Source of the DNA: Eledone cirrhosa
Lineage: Eukaryota
Direction of reading: 5' to 3'
Length of the DNA stretch: 64,000 bases
Assembly (NCBI GenBank): GCA_964016885.1
Contig: OZ024743.1
Location: 243,908,001-243,972,000 of the forward strand
Under the pieces are notes generated by a model, which was given only the letters and a program-made list of their open reading frames with translations, ran no database searches and had not been told where the DNA came from. Each line of letters opens with the position of its first letter. Position 1 is the stretch's first letter. This document shows positions 52,144-63,887 of the stretch, piece by piece. The translations under genes were made by a program, and so were the position numbers.

Positions 52144-54240
52144 ATGGCTACGAAAAAGAAATTTCATACGTCACTCCCACTCATTCCGTCTTCTTCTTCC
52201 CCAATCATCACTACAGCAGAGAGAAGATTGTCTCTCTCCCTCCCTTCTTTAAATGTGTCTCTCTCCCTCCCTTCTCTTTCGCAAGTGACGAAAGAAAAGA
52301 AAAGTCTCGTGCAAAGCGTGCAAGGTTTCTCCACGACGACGACGACAGCGACGAAACAGGTGTGCGGGAAATACGAAAACCCAGTTCATTCGTCTGACGT
52401 CAGGAATAATAGCAGTAGCAGCCGTAATAACAACAGCAACAGTGACAATGAAAACAACAGTAGCAGCCGCAACAGCATCACCAGCAGCATAAACAACAAC
52501 AGCATTAGCAGCAGCAACACCAACAACAACCACAGCAACAGCGGCGGAGGCAGTAGTCGTAGTACCTGCAGCAACAACAAAAGTACCAGCAGCTCTGACG
52601 ACAACAACAACAGCAGAGAAAAACCAATCTCATTTGCAGGTATTGCGAAAAACTTGGAAACAATCCTCATAACAAATGAGGAATTAGAGGAAGCGAAGAA
52701 GATAGTGACAAAGAACGGACACCGAGCAATCTGCAAGGCAGCGGAAAAATTTTTCAAAACCCAAGAGCACTGTACGGTCACGTACCGTACAGTAAGTACA
52801 AAATCCCGTAGGGTGGAAAGAGCCACAGAGGCCCAAATACAAAAAGCCTTGGGGTCTGTGTGGCAGCGGAAAACGCACATCACCCGAGGCAAAAAATATG
52901 CCACCGTAGACGTACTTTTTGCCACACCCCAGGAGGCAAAGGCCCAATCAGTAGTGACCCTAAGGAGCGAGGAAATGGTGTTGGTGCCCTCCTACTGCGG
53001 GCAAAAAATTGTGAGGGTCAAACTGACCCACGTCCCCCCCGGAATGACCCCTTCTTGGCTGGCCGCGTCTGTCCTAATCGGAATCGAGGACAAAACAACT
53101 GTACTGCAAGTACAGAAAAAAGTAAGAGAAGATTGGGTCGGCTCCTCCATTGAGATGCTAATCCAAACCAACCAGGAGTGCATCGAAGCTATCCCGGATG
53201 TGATAGACTTCGATAACGGCACTCAACTGCCCATAAGTGTTGAGGGCAAACGCCCGAAATGCTTTCGCTGTGGATCGAAGACTCACCTCAGGGCCTTCTG
53301 CAACGAGAAGACCCTGAGAAAGGAGAAAACCCCCCTCCTTCCGAATCCGGCTCCACGGCTACCAGCAACAGGACAAGCGGCAACCAGGAACGATAGGTCC
53401 GTGGCACCCATACCCACTCCACGGAAATCAAAGACAGCAGCAGCAGTGGAAATATTAACAACAACAACAGCAATACCAAATGCAGCTGCAACAGAGACTC
53501 CAGTGCAAACATCACCAACAACAACAAGTGAAAGAGTGGAGCTGGTACCCCTCCCCGACCTTACAGAATCAGACATGGAGTGTGAGGTGGGAGAGGGATG
53601 GCAAAAGGTCGCAAGAAGGCACAAACGCAGAAGCAGCGCATCGTCGCCTTTGAAAAGGGAGGAAAGAAATGAGAAAAGGGTAAAGTCTACTGCAAAGAGA
53701 CCCACAGCAGCAACACCACCAACACCATCACCACCCACACCAGCACCACCATCACCACCGGCGACAACCCCACCGCCAACAACACCTTCAACACCACCAC
53801 CACAAGCACCAACATCGCAAACACAACAACAAAACACACACACCCAGCAACAACGACAAGAAAATAGCAGAACCACACCCCACCCCCAGAAAAACAAATG
53901 CACGGCAATAAACACACACAACAAGAAACTAATGACTTACATAATTGAACACACAGACATTTCACAACAGGACTACATAATACCAGCACCAATCAAAACG
54001 CCAACTAACATAAGACTGCTAAAAATAGCACAGAAACAATACACAAACATTAAAACGAAATTCCCCAACGCAGTTGGTGATTTCAGGGACCTAGGAGGAA
54101 CCATCAATCGAAGAGTATATTCAGACATTCTCTTAGAAGAGCCGACGACCAGCCGAAGGGACGATTCAACGGTCCCTTCACCAGACGATCAAGTGAAAAG
54201 GGATGTAAAAACCATCCCTCCTCTACCAAAAGTACGGTAA
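52144..54240 (+). CDS. Tx1 ORF1 protein (RRM-like region, CCHC zinc knuckle)
   Basis: Open frame 52108-54240, first ATG ~52145 (MATKKK); CFRCGSKTHLRAFC; homologous to ORF1 of copies A and C. Confidence 0.85.
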   Translation: MATKKKFHTSLPLIPSSSSPIITTAERRLSLSLPSLNVSLSLPSLSQVTKEKKSLVQSVQGFSTTTTTATKQVCGKYENPVHSSDVRNNSSSSRNNNSNSDNENNSSSRNSITSSINNNSISSSNTNNNHSNSGGGSSRSTCSNNKSTSSSDDNNNSREKPISFAGIAKNLETILITNEELEEAKKIVTKNGHRAICKAAEKFFKTQEHCTVTYRTVSTKSRRVERATEAQIQKALGSVWQRKTHITRGKKYATVDVLFATPQEAKAQSVVTLRSEEMVLVPSYCGQKIVRVKLTHVPPGMTPSWLAASVLIGIEDKTTVLQVQKKVREDWVGSSIEMLIQTNQECIEAIPDVIDFDNGTQLPISVEGKRPKCFRCGSKTHLRAFCNEKTLRKEKTPLLPNPAPRLPATGQAATRNDRSVAPIPTPRKSKTAAAVEILTTTTAIPNAAATETPVQTSPTTTSERVELVPLPDLTESDMECEVGEGWQKVARRHKRRSSASSPLKREERNEKRVKSTAKRPTAATPPTPSPPTPAPPSPPATTPPPTTPSTPPPQAPTSQTQQQNTHTQQQRQENSRTTPHPQKNKCTAINTHNKKLMTYIIEHTDISQQDYIIPAPIKTPTNIRLLKIAQKQYTNIKTKFPNAVGDFRDLGGTINRRVYSDILLEEPTTSRRDDSTVPSPDDQVKRDVKTIPPLPKVR

Positions 54241-54275
54241 GTGGTCTTTCCCATCTTTTCCACTCTATTTTAAAC

Positions 54276-57200
54276 ATGACCTCACTCAGAATAGGCAGCA
54301 TAAATGCGCGTGGCTTGGGGTCGTCATGGAAGCAGGGTCACCTGCTCAACGACCTCAGGTCACTAAACATAGATGTAGTGGCCATCAGCGAGACCAGAAT
54401 CTCCGAAGCACGGGCCTTCGCACCGATCTTCGGCGGCTACGATGTGTACGCATCTCCCAGCCGTCCTGGATCGGGTGGAGGAGTTGCTGTGCTTTTTCGG
54501 AGAGGTTTGGATCTCGCCATACGGGCCATCTTCCTGGACCCAGAGGGTAAGCTGGTGGTGCTGGACGTGACCAGCGGAGACGGGCAAGCTTTCAGGCTAG
54601 TGGCCGTCTATGCCCCGACAGGAGCAGGACGGCCTGATTTCTTCCGGCGTCTGGAGACCTTTCTTGGAACGTCCCGCTCTTTAGTGTTAGTGGGCGACTG
54701 GAACGGGATCTTAGATGCACGCTGGGACTGTGTGGGATTAGCGGATAGGGGTGGAGGGTGCAAGAGCCTCACCAACCTGCTCAGGCGTTTTGAACTGTCT
54801 GACAGGTACCGATTGGATTTCCCGAATGTGCCAATGTGGACTTGGACAAACCGCATAGGGTCATCCAGATCATATCTAGATAGAGTATTTTGTAGGGAAA
54901 TAGATAGGTCTAGCATAGGCTGTCCACAATTCAAGATAGTCAGCTACACGGACCACAAATTCGTGACCTGTGTGCTTGACTTAGATAGGCTTCATAGACG
55001 AGGACCCGGCTACTGGAAGCTAAACGCGTCCTTACCAGCGCGCAAGGCCTACAGAGACCGGATTAGCGAACTAGTTAAGCGGGCGTTGACGGGGGCCATC
55101 GTCAACAACAAGTGGTGGTTTGCTCTGAAAAGAGCGATTAGAATAGAATCGATTAGGTTTAGTAAGGCTTTAGCAATAGAGAAAAATAGAGCAGAGGGAG
55201 AACTAGTTAGAAAATTAGACGAGGCGCTTAGCAAAGGCATTGCGACCGACGTGCTTGCGGCGAAATTGGCCCTTGACCAATTCTTCAATGCAAAGCACGA
55301 AGGCTGCGTTGTCAGAGCTAGGGTGCGTGCTCTCAGACACGAGGGGACGAAAGCCGTTCAATGGGCCCGAGTGGCGGAGGCGCGTCGTGGCAACAAAGCC
55401 ACGATCCGGTCTTTGGTGGACCACGACGGGCGCATGCTACTCGATCCCGGGCAAATGTGTGAAGCTTTTCAGCGACACTTCGCTCAGCTGTTCGGGGGCA
55501 GCGGGGGGCCGGGTAGAGGGATGGACTTTAGTGTCTACCTCGACGGACTGCCGCGGCTCTCGGCCACTGAGGCGAAGTGTTGCGAAAAGCCGATAACAGC
55601 CGCTGAAGTACGGGAGGCAATGACTGGCTGCACAAGGGGTAAATCGCCTGGTTTGGATGGTCTGCCCTATGAACTTTACGTACAGATGCCAGACTTGTTC
55701 GGAGGCCTCTTGGCGGACGTCTACTGCAACTGGCAACAGAACGGGAGAATTCCCAGTTCTGTGAGCCGAGGAGCGGTGGCACTGCTGAGAAAGGATCCGA
55801 ACAAGGGGGATAACATAGACAATTTCCGGCCCATAACTCTGCTAAACACAGAGTTTAAGATTTTGGCCAAGGTGCTAGCAAAGAGGTTGGCGCTTGTCGT
55901 TGGTGGTCTGGTGGGAGAGGCGCAGACATGCGCCATTCCCGACAGATCCATCCACGACAACCTCCACCTCATGCGATACATCGTAGAGAGGGTAGCTAGG
56001 GAACCTGGCACGGGTGGGTCCTTGATCAATTTAGATCAGTCGAAAGCTTTCGATAGGGTCGACCATCGTTACCTAGCGGCAGTCCTGAGGGCGGCTGGCT
56101 TTGGGCCCGTCTTCAGAGGCTGGATCGCTGCCATGCACAGCGACATCTGCTCTGTGGTGAGAGTGAACGGTCACCTGTCGGAACCGTTCAACATCATGCG
56201 CTCGGTCCGCCAAGGATGTCCCCTCTCGTCCCTCTTGTACGTATTGACTCTCGAGCCATTACTGCACAAACTGGAGACGTTGAGGGGAGTCCCGCGCGAA
56301 CTAGGATGCGGAAGATCCGTGTCAGCATATGCGGACGATGTCACCGTAGTGGTGTCGAACGCCAAACACATCGAGGCGATCGGCACTACACTAAGAGAAT
56401 ACGAAGCGGTGACAGGAGCAATGATCAACCAGGAAAAGTCAGTGGGCCTGCAGCTCGGCTCCTGGAGAGGCAGGTCCATGCCGTCCAACAGCGTCGTCGG
56501 GCGCTGGACGGACGGACCGGTTAAATTGCTAGGGGTCTGGTTCGGTCCGGACCTCCAGACGGACAAAAACTGGGACGAGGTGACGAGCAGGGTGGCTTCT
56601 CTCACCCAGAAATGGGCGGAGAGGAAGCTATCCCTGAAAGGTCGAGCGGAGGTGGCTAACGCGTACATCGCGTCTGTCATCTGCTACCGCCTAACCGTCG
56701 TACCTTGTCCTAAGCCTCGCCTGACTGCGCTGGAGCGTTTGCTCTTTCGCTTTTTGTGGAAGGGACGTGCTCCGATGGTCAGGCGGTCCATCTGTTGTCA
56801 ACACCCGCTACGTGGAGGGCTGGGCATGCCGTGGCTGATGATGCGCAGGCACGCGCTCAGGCTACGACATCTCCACCTCTTCCTCGACGGTGATCAGGTG
56901 TGGTCGCCGTTTGTTAGACGCGTTTTTCCCCAGCTCGTTTCCTTGACGGAGCTGCAGTCCTGGGTCAAGCGAAGACCGAGAGGGAGCGCCTGGAGACTGG
57001 AATGTCTTCAGGCGCTCACAGCCCTCGACCAATCGGGCAATGTGATCGGTGGAAACTCCACCTCGGCGTTCTATAGAGGATTAGTGGAGGGGAAGAGCGA
57101 CGACGTACTTGGGGAAACTCTAGGCGTCGACGAAAATCAACTAGCCAATCTCTTCGGAAGAACTTTCGGGCCAGGGCCTATGGACAACTTCCAGAAATCT

Positions 57201-57692
57201 CTGGCCTGGCAGTGCTACCGAGGAGCCTTGCCAGTTCGGGATAAACTCTACAGGCATGGAGGTGCCGTCAGCCGGGCATGTCCGAGATGCGCGCAGGGCG
57301 ACGAAACCGTCCTGCACGCACTCGTCCAGTGTCCGAAAATTGCTGACTTGTGGGTTTATGTCGAACACCTGCTGTCGCGTTTAGGACGGACCCAGCTATC
57401 ATCTGAGTCTATCGTGAGGATTGCCCCGCCCAGCTTTAGCCGGGAAGGGCAGGCAGTTTTTATCTGTCTGGTGGCCATGGCGAAAGAGATAGTATGGTGG
57501 ACACGTTTGAAAGGGCTGAAGACGAGCACTTACCTCTTCGGTGATGCTCTGATTGACTTTTTCAAATTTCATTTGAAAAGGAAAATCAGAGTAGAGAAGG
57601 AAGTGCTCTCTTCCCAGCATTTTGTTGAAAGATGGGTGAGAGAAGCAAGAATGGCCCGAGTGAATGGGCCGACTCTGAGTATATATCTGTAA
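54276..57692 (+). CDS. Tx1 ORF2 polyprotein: APE endonuclease, reverse transcriptase, C-terminal CCHC (1138 aa)
   Basis: GSINARG, ISETR, LVGDWN, YLDRVF, TDH; RPITLLN, LDQSKAFD, RQGCPLS, YADD; CPRC..ETVLHALVQC. Confidence 0.96.
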   Translation: MTSLRIGSINARGLGSSWKQGHLLNDLRSLNIDVVAISETRISEARAFAPIFGGYDVYASPSRPGSGGGVAVLFRRGLDLAIRAIFLDPEGKLVVLDVTSGDGQAFRLVAVYAPTGAGRPDFFRRLETFLGTSRSLVLVGDWNGILDARWDCVGLADRGGGCKSLTNLLRRFELSDRYRLDFPNVPMWTWTNRIGSSRSYLDRVFCREIDRSSIGCPQFKIVSYTDHKFVTCVLDLDRLHRRGPGYWKLNASLPARKAYRDRISELVKRALTGAIVNNKWWFALKRAIRIESIRFSKALAIEKNRAEGELVRKLDEALSKGIATDVLAAKLALDQFFNAKHEGCVVRARVRALRHEGTKAVQWARVAEARRGNKATIRSLVDHDGRMLLDPGQMCEAFQRHFAQLFGGSGGPGRGMDFSVYLDGLPRLSATEAKCCEKPITAAEVREAMTGCTRGKSPGLDGLPYELYVQMPDLFGGLLADVYCNWQQNGRIPSSVSRGAVALLRKDPNKGDNIDNFRPITLLNTEFKILAKVLAKRLALVVGGLVGEAQTCAIPDRSIHDNLHLMRYIVERVAREPGTGGSLINLDQSKAFDRVDHRYLAAVLRAAGFGPVFRGWIAAMHSDICSVVRVNGHLSEPFNIMRSVRQGCPLSSLLYVLTLEPLLHKLETLRGVPRELGCGRSVSAYADDVTVVVSNAKHIEAIGTTLREYEAVTGAMINQEKSVGLQLGSWRGRSMPSNSVVGRWTDGPVKLLGVWFGPDLQTDKNWDEVTSRVASLTQKWAERKLSLKGRAEVANAYIASVICYRLTVVPCPKPRLTALERLLFRFLWKGRAPMVRRSICCQHPLRGGLGMPWLMMRRHALRLRHLHLFLDGDQVWSPFVRRVFPQLVSLTELQSWVKRRPRGSAWRLECLQALTALDQSGNVIGGNSTSAFYRGLVEGKSDDVLGETLGVDENQLANLFGRTFGPGPMDNFQKSLAWQCYRGALPVRDKLYRHGGAVSRACPRCAQGDETVLHALVQCPKIADLWVYVEHLLSRLGRTQLSSESIVRIAPPSFSREGQAVFICLVAMAKEIVWWTRLKGLKTSTYLFGDALIDFFKFHLKRKIRVEKEVLSSQHFVERWVREARMARVNGPTLSIYL

Positions 57693-57952
57693 ACTAAAGG
57701 TGGAAAACTGGGAGAGGGCACTTGCCTTGGTGGTCAGGGTCATTGTGGCTTTTTACTGGGCTTTCTCCACAAATGTCCCTCCGAAGTCTCCCCCCTATTG
57801 GGGAATTTTTCATTGTTATTTTCATTGTTATTTTTGTTACATCCTCTGTTTTTGTTTTTTTACACGCAGAAATGCCCATTTGTACTGTCCTGCATTGTCC
57901 TGCACTGTCCTTAATGTCTACTTTATGTAAACCCTTGTGGTTAATAAAGAAA

Positions 57953-58002
<50 letters not shown>

Positions 58003-61000
58003 GGCGACCTACGTAGTAAATCGTATCATCGTGAGCTCCGCAAAGGTTTGTTATTTTCAGTTATTTAAAATTGCCATTTATGGAAAATTTTTATTGTTAA
58101 CTATATATAAGTGCACATACATTGATTTCTGAAAAGGACACTCAAAAATATTGGGGCCTTGAGCCCAAAATTTAAACTTTTTATAATTATCAAACAAAAA
58201 ATTTTTTCTTTGAAAAATAATGGATGACTCAGATTCACTCCTTCCTCACAATCCAACACCTCACACCGACACCACCATTGTAAACATTGCTACGTTTGCC
58301 AACACTGGAATTGTAAGCAGTAGCAATATTTTAAATTTGTCTCAGGCAGACGTTCATTTCCCGCCATTACCAATGACTGCAGGTGTTAAAGCCGCCACCA
58401 CCACCACCCCCACCACCGCGACAACCACCACCCCCACCACCACCACAGCGACAACAGAAACAAAAGAAAAAATAGATTAACTCATGATATCGAAGTGAAT
58501 TCAACCAAAATGAACTCTTCCACACCGAACACCACTCACGCCACCACCACCACAACTGAAACTAAAATTAACAATAGCTGAAATAACGATAATAACAACA
58601 GCAGCAATGAAATTAAGAAAACTACCCTGAGTTTTGCCAGAGTAGCAAAAATGTGCGAAGCGATCCAGGTAACTCAGGAAGAATTAGACGAAGCCAAAGG
58701 AATGGTAAAGAAAGATGGGTACAGGGTCAGCCTCACCCCTCCACCTAATAAAATGGAGCAGCGTCGCCTATGCACCGTATCTTATCGGACAATAAACATA
58801 AAATCGCGCCGAGTGGAACGGGCATCTGAGTCCCAAATCCAAAAAGCTTTGGGACATGTGTGGGCAAAAAACCCCCACATCATTCGTGGGCAGAAGTATG
58901 GAACCGTGGACGTGTTCTTTGAAACACCACAGGAGGCCAGAGAACACTCCATGGCCCTATTAAGAAGTGACGACTTCACACTCATCCCAAGCTATTGTGG
59001 CCAGAGACTTCTGAAGATCAGGGTGACCCAAGTTCCACCGGCCATCGAAATTCCCTGGCTAATGGCTGCCTCCTCGCCGGCATCGAGGCCAACACCAAAA
59101 TAATAGAAATAGCAAAAGAAAAGCAGGAGAACTGGTCCGGATCAGGGATGGAGCTCCTGATCCAAGCGGACCATAAAAGCATTGAGGAGATCCCAGAGGT
59201 AATAGACCTCTCCGAGGGCAGCCACCTCACCGTAATCGTCGAGGGCAGAAGACCTAGGTGTGTCGTTTGTGGTGAAGGAACCCACCTAAGGGCTTTCTGC
59301 CCTCAGGCTAAAAGGTTGAGGCCACCTCTCTTACCCACCCCAGTGATTCAACCATCAACACCACCAGCAGCAGAAATAGCAGCAACAACTGTAGCAGCAA
59401 CAACAGAAGCAACTATAACAGCAACAACCCCAGCAACAGTAGCAAAACCAACACCACCACCACCCAACGCCCCAGAACTAGCACCAGCGCCTACACCATC
59501 CACCACGCCACAAGCAAAACCAACGCCTGTGGAGGATTTTCCACTCCCCGGCTTATCGCAACTGGAGACAGATTGTGACGACGAGGAGTGAGAAACGGTA
59601 TCAAGAAAAAAGAAAAAAAAAAAGAAACCAAAAAAGAAAAAATTCTCTTCCTTCCCCCTCAAAAAACAAAATACAGAGGGAAACAAATAAATTATCGAAC
59701 AAGAAAGTTAAGACAGATATGCCACCATCCACACCAACATCACCAACCCCATGACCACAAACACCAACACCATCACCATCATTAACCCCAACACCACCAT
59801 CACCAACACCACAAAAGTCACCAAAAAGCGTAACAGAAACAAACCCACAACAAACGCAAACAAAACAAAACAACCATAACGATAGACACTACACAGCATT
59901 AAATTTGAACAACCAATTATTACACTACATGCAACACAACACCAGCATCACAGAAAAAGACTACACAACAACCCCAAAGTTCACACCACCTCCACACATA
60001 CAAATCACTCGCATCACACAGAAAACGTACACGACACTAAAACAAAAATTTCCCAAAGACATCGGAGACTTCCGAGAAACACTCTCCAGGAGGATTTATA
60101 AGGACATCCTTCCGGAGGAGGCCACAAGCAGTGAAAAGGATGGACAAACCATCCTTCCTCTACGAGAAGTAAGGTAAGTGGTCTTTCCCATCTTTCCCAC
60201 TCCATTTCAACATGACCTCACCCAGAATAGGCAGCATAAATGCGCGTGGCTTGGGGTCGTCATGGAAGCAGGGCCACCTGCTCAACGACCTCAGGTCACT
60301 AAACATAGATGTAGTGGCCATCAGCGAGACCAGAATCTCCGAAGCACGGGCCTTCGCACCGATCTTCGGCGGCTACGATGTGTACGCATCTCCCAGCCGT
60401 CCGGGATCGGGGGGAGGAGTTGCTGTGCTTTTTCGGAGAGGTTTGGATCTCGCCATACGGGCCATCTTCCTGGACCCAGAAGGTAAGTTGGTGGTGCTAG
60501 ACGTGACCAGCGGAGACAGGCAAGCTTTCAGGCTAGTGGCCATCTATGCCCCGACAGGAGCAGGGCGGCCTGATTTCTTCCGGCGTCTGGAGACCTTTCT
60601 TGGAACGTCCCGCTCTTTAGTGTTAGTGGGCGACTGGAACGGGATCTTAGATGCACGCTGGGACTGTGTGGGATTAGCGGATAGGAGGAGGGTGCAAGAG
60701 CCTCACCAACCTGCTCAGGCGTTTTGAACTGTCTGACAGGTACCGATTGGATTTCCCGAATGTGCCAATGTGGACTTGGACAAATCTCATAGGGTCATCC
60801 AGATCATATCTAGATAGAGTATTTTGTAGAGAAATAGATAGGTCTAGCATAGGCTCTCCACAATTCAAGATAGTCAGCTACACGGACCATAAATTCGTGA
60901 TCTGTGTACTTGACTTAGATAGGCTTCATAGCCGAGGACCCGGCTACTGGAAGCTAAACGCGTCCTTACAAGCGCGCAAGGCCTACAGAGACCAGATTAG

Positions 61001-63829
61001 CGAACTAGTTAAGCGGGCTTTGACGGGGGCCATCGTCAACAACAAGTGGTGGTTTGTTCTGAAAAGAGCGATTAGAATAGAGTCCATTAGGTTTAGTAAG
61101 GCTTTAGCAATAGAGAAAAATAGAGCAGAGGGAGAATTAGTTAGAAAATTAGACGAGGCGCTTAGTAAAGGCATCGCGACCGGCGTACTTGCGGCGAAAT
61201 TGGCCCTTGACCAATTCTTCAATGCAAAGAACGAAGGTTGCGTTATCAGAGCTAGGGTGCGTGCTCTCAGACACGAGGGGACGAAAGCCGTTCAATGGGC
61301 CCGAGTGGCGGAGGCGCGTCGTGGCAACAAAGCCACGATCCGGTCTTTGGTGGACCACGACGGGCGCATGCTACTCGATCCCGGGAAAATATGTGAAGCT
61401 TTTCAGCGACACTTCGCTCAGTTGTTCAGGGGCAGCGGCGGGGCGGATCGAGGGATGGACTTTAGTGTCTACCTCGACGGACTGCCGCGGCTCTCGGCCA
61501 CTGAGGCGGAGTGTTGCGAAAAGCCGATAACAGCCGCTGAAGTACGGGAGGCAATGAATGGCTGCACAAGGGGTAAATCGCCTGGTTTGGATGGTCTTTA
61601 CGTACAGATGCCAGACTTGTTCGGAGGCCTCTTGGCGGACGTCTACTGCAACTGGCAACAGAACGGGAGAATTCCCAGTTCTGTGAGCCGAGGAGCGGTG
61701 GCACTGCTGAGAAAGGATCCTAACAAGGGGGATAACATAGATAATTTCAGGCCCATAACTCTGCTAAACACAGAGTTCAAGATTTTGGCCAAGGTGCTAG
61801 CAAAGAGGTTGGCGCTTGTCGTTTGTGGTCTGGTGGGAGAGGCGCAGACATGCGCCATTCCCGATAGATCCATCCACGACAACCTCCACCTCATGCGATA
61901 CATCGTAGAGAGGGTAGCTAGGGAACCTGGCACGGGTGGGTCCTTGATCAATTTAGATCAGTCGAAAGCTTTCGATAGGGTCGACCATCGTTACCTAACG
62001 GCAGTCCTGAGGGCGGTTGGCTTTGGGCCCGTCTTCAGAGGCTGGATCGCTGCCATGCACAACGACATCTGCTCTGTGGTGAGAGTGAACGGTCACCTTT
62101 CGGAACCGTTCAACATCATGCGCTCGGTCCGCCAAGGATGTCCCCTCTCGTCCCTATTGTACGTATTGACTCTCGAGCCATTACTGCACAAACTGGAGAC
62201 GTTGAGGGGCGTCCCGCGCGAACTAGGATGCGGAAGATCCGTGCCAGCATATGCGGACGATGTTACCGTAGTGGTGTCGAAGGCCAAACACATCGAGGCG
62301 ATCGGCACTACACTAAGAGAATACGAAGCGGTGACAGGAGCAATGATCAACCAGGAAAAGTCAGTGGGCCTGCAGCTCGGCACCTGGAGAGGCAGGTCCA
62401 TGCCGTCCAACAGCGTCGTCGGACGCTGGACGGACGGACCGGTTAAATTGCTAGGGGTCTGGTTCGGTCCGGACCTCCAGACGGACAAAAACTGGGACGA
62501 GGTGACAAGCAGGGTGGCTTCTCTCACCCAGAAATGGGCGGAGAGGAAGCTATCCCTGAAAGGTTGAGCGGAGGTGGCTAACGCGTACATCGCGTCTGTC
62601 ATCTGCTACCTCCTGACCGTCGTACCTTGTCCTAAGCCCCGCCTGACTGCACTAGAGCGTTTGCTCTTTCGCTTTTTGTGGAAGGGACGCGCTCCGATGG
62701 TCAGGCGGTCCATCTTCTGTCAACACCCGCTACGTGGAGGGCTGGGAATGCTCAGGCTATGACATCTCCACCTCTTCCTCGACGGTGATCAGGTGTGGTC
62801 GCCGTTTGCTAGACACGTATTTCCCCAGCTCGTTTCCTTGACGGAGCTGCAGTCCTGGGTCAAGCGAAGACCGAGAGGGAGCGCCTGGAGACTGGAATGT
62901 CTTCAGGCGCTCACAGCCCTCGACCAATCGGGCAATGTGATCGGTGGAAACTCCACCTCGGCGTTCTATAGAGGATTAGTGGAGGGGAAGAGCGACGACG
63001 TACTTGGGGATACTCTAGGCGTCGACGAAAATCAACTAGCCAATCTCTTGGGAAGAACTTTCGGGCCGGGACCTATGGACAACTTCCAGAAATCTCTGGC
63101 CTGGCAGTGCTACCGAGGAGCCTTGCCAGTTCGGGATAAACTCTACAGGCATGGAGGTGCCGTCAGCCGAGCATGTCCGAGATGCGCGCAGGGCGACGAA
63201 ACCGTCCTGCACGCACTCGTCCAGTGTCCGAAAATTGCTGACTTGTGGGTTTATGTCGAACACCTGCTGTCGCGTGTAGGACGGATCCGGCTATCATCTG
63301 AGTCCATCGTGAGGATTTCCCTGCCCTCTTTCTTTAGCCGGGACGGGCAGGCAGTTTTTATCTGTCTGGTGGCCATGGCGAAAGAGATAGTATGGTGGAC
63401 ACGTTTGAAAGGGCTGAAGATGAGCACTTACCTCTTCGGTGATGCCCTGATTGACTTTTTCAAATTTCATTTGAAAAGGAAAATCAGAGTAGCGAGGGAA
63501 GTGCTCTCTTCCCAGCATTTTGTTGAAAGATGGGTGAGAAAAGCAAGAATGGCCTGAGTGAATGGGCCTACTCTGAGTACGTATCTGTAAATTAAAGGTG
63601 GAAAACTGGGAGAGGGCACTTGCCTTGGTGGTCAGGGTCACTGTGGCCTTTTACTGGGCTTTCTCCACAAATGTCCCTCCGAAGCCTGGGGAATTTTTCA
63701 TTGTTATTTTTTTGTTACATCCTCTGTTTTTGTTTTTTACACGCAGAAATGCCCATTTGTACCGTCCTGTATTGTCCTGCACTGTCCTTAATGTCTACTT
63801 TATGTAAACCCTTGTGGTTAATAAAGAAA

Positions 63830-63831
<2 letters not shown>
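58003..63831 (+). mobile_element. Tx1-clade LINE copy C, full length, multiple stops and frameshifts
   Basis: Same 5' end and ORF1 type as copy A; ORF1 58220-60177 and ORF2 60212-63590 fragmented; ends AAAGAAATC(ATT)n. Confidence 0.93.

Positions 63832-63887
<56 letters not shown>
63832..63887. repeat. (ATT)n tract (others at 42849-42901, 44159-44227, 49336-49384, 51899-51927, 57955-58002)
   Basis: Direct reading. Confidence 0.95.

Larger units (their letters stand above)
51928..57954 (+). mobile_element. Tx1-clade LINE copy B, full length and intact
   Basis: Two uninterrupted ORFs, 3' UTR with AATAAA, (ATT)n at both ends. Confidence 0.95.

Noticed and set aside
54326-57743. Overlapping and antisense ORFs within Tx1 ORF2
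   Set aside because: Shadow frames of a GC-rich CDS; recurrence reflects copy identity only
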